This document shows, piece by piece, positions 63,947 through 64,000 of a stretch of DNA of 64,000 nt. Under the pieces are notes generated by a model. It was not told the DNA's origin. It worked only from the letters and a program-made list of their open reading frames with translations, and did no database searches. The DNA is taken from the sequence record PZ386970.1; one strand, given 5' to 3'. This stretch comes from a phage. Positions within the stretch are counted from its first letter, which is position 1. Every line of letters starts with the position of its first letter. A program made the position numbers and the translations under genes.

Positions 63947-64000
63947 CTACCGATTATGTTTTAAATGTTGATAAAGTTCTTCAACTTGTTTAGGGTCCAA

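Noticed and set aside
1-64000. tRNA genes, rRNA genes or CRISPR arrays
   Set aside because: No cloverleaf-like conserved tRNA motifs, rRNA-like sequence or regularly spaced direct repeats were recognised by eye; not excluded without tRNAscan.

Overview
This window reads as a T4-like (Tevenvirinae) myovirus early/middle region, almost entirely transcribed on the minus strand. Gene order is syntenic with T4: 52 - ndd - denB slot - rIIB - rIIA - 39 - dexA - dda - modA/modB-like - soc - 56 - 61 - 41 - 40 - uvsX - [novel cluster] - 43 - regA - 62 - 44 - 45 - 46 - 47 - 55 - nrdG - nrdD (group I intron) - 49 - nrdC. All calls rest on reading the translated ORFs against remembered T4 proteins and motifs; no database search was run. 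The main finding is that the T4 beta-glucosyltransferase slot between uvsX and gene 43 is occupied by a coherent sugar-nucleotide biosynthesis island: a KdsD-like SIS sugar-phosphate isomerase, a small HAD-like phosphatase, a fused nucleotidyltransferase + APH-like kinase, a Cys-rich U32-like protein, a divergent gp42-like hydroxymethylase and a Tmk-like kinase. A separate GT-B glycosyltransferase sits between rIIA and 39, flanked by an HNH endonuclease, and no Agt/Bgt-like gene was seen at the syntenic positions. I infer a non-glucose, probably pentose (arabinose-type), hypermodification of hydroxymethylcytosine DNA with a phage-encoded donor pathway. Other features include a group I intron in nrdD carrying a GIY-YIG homing endonuclease, three further free-standing endonuclease genes, an unsplit gene 39, about 25 near-identical early promoters, UUCG-tetraloop hairpins, and tandem paralogues. 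Many ORF-track N-termini are over-extended (TTG/GTG starts, or read-through of promoter repeats) and were trimmed.
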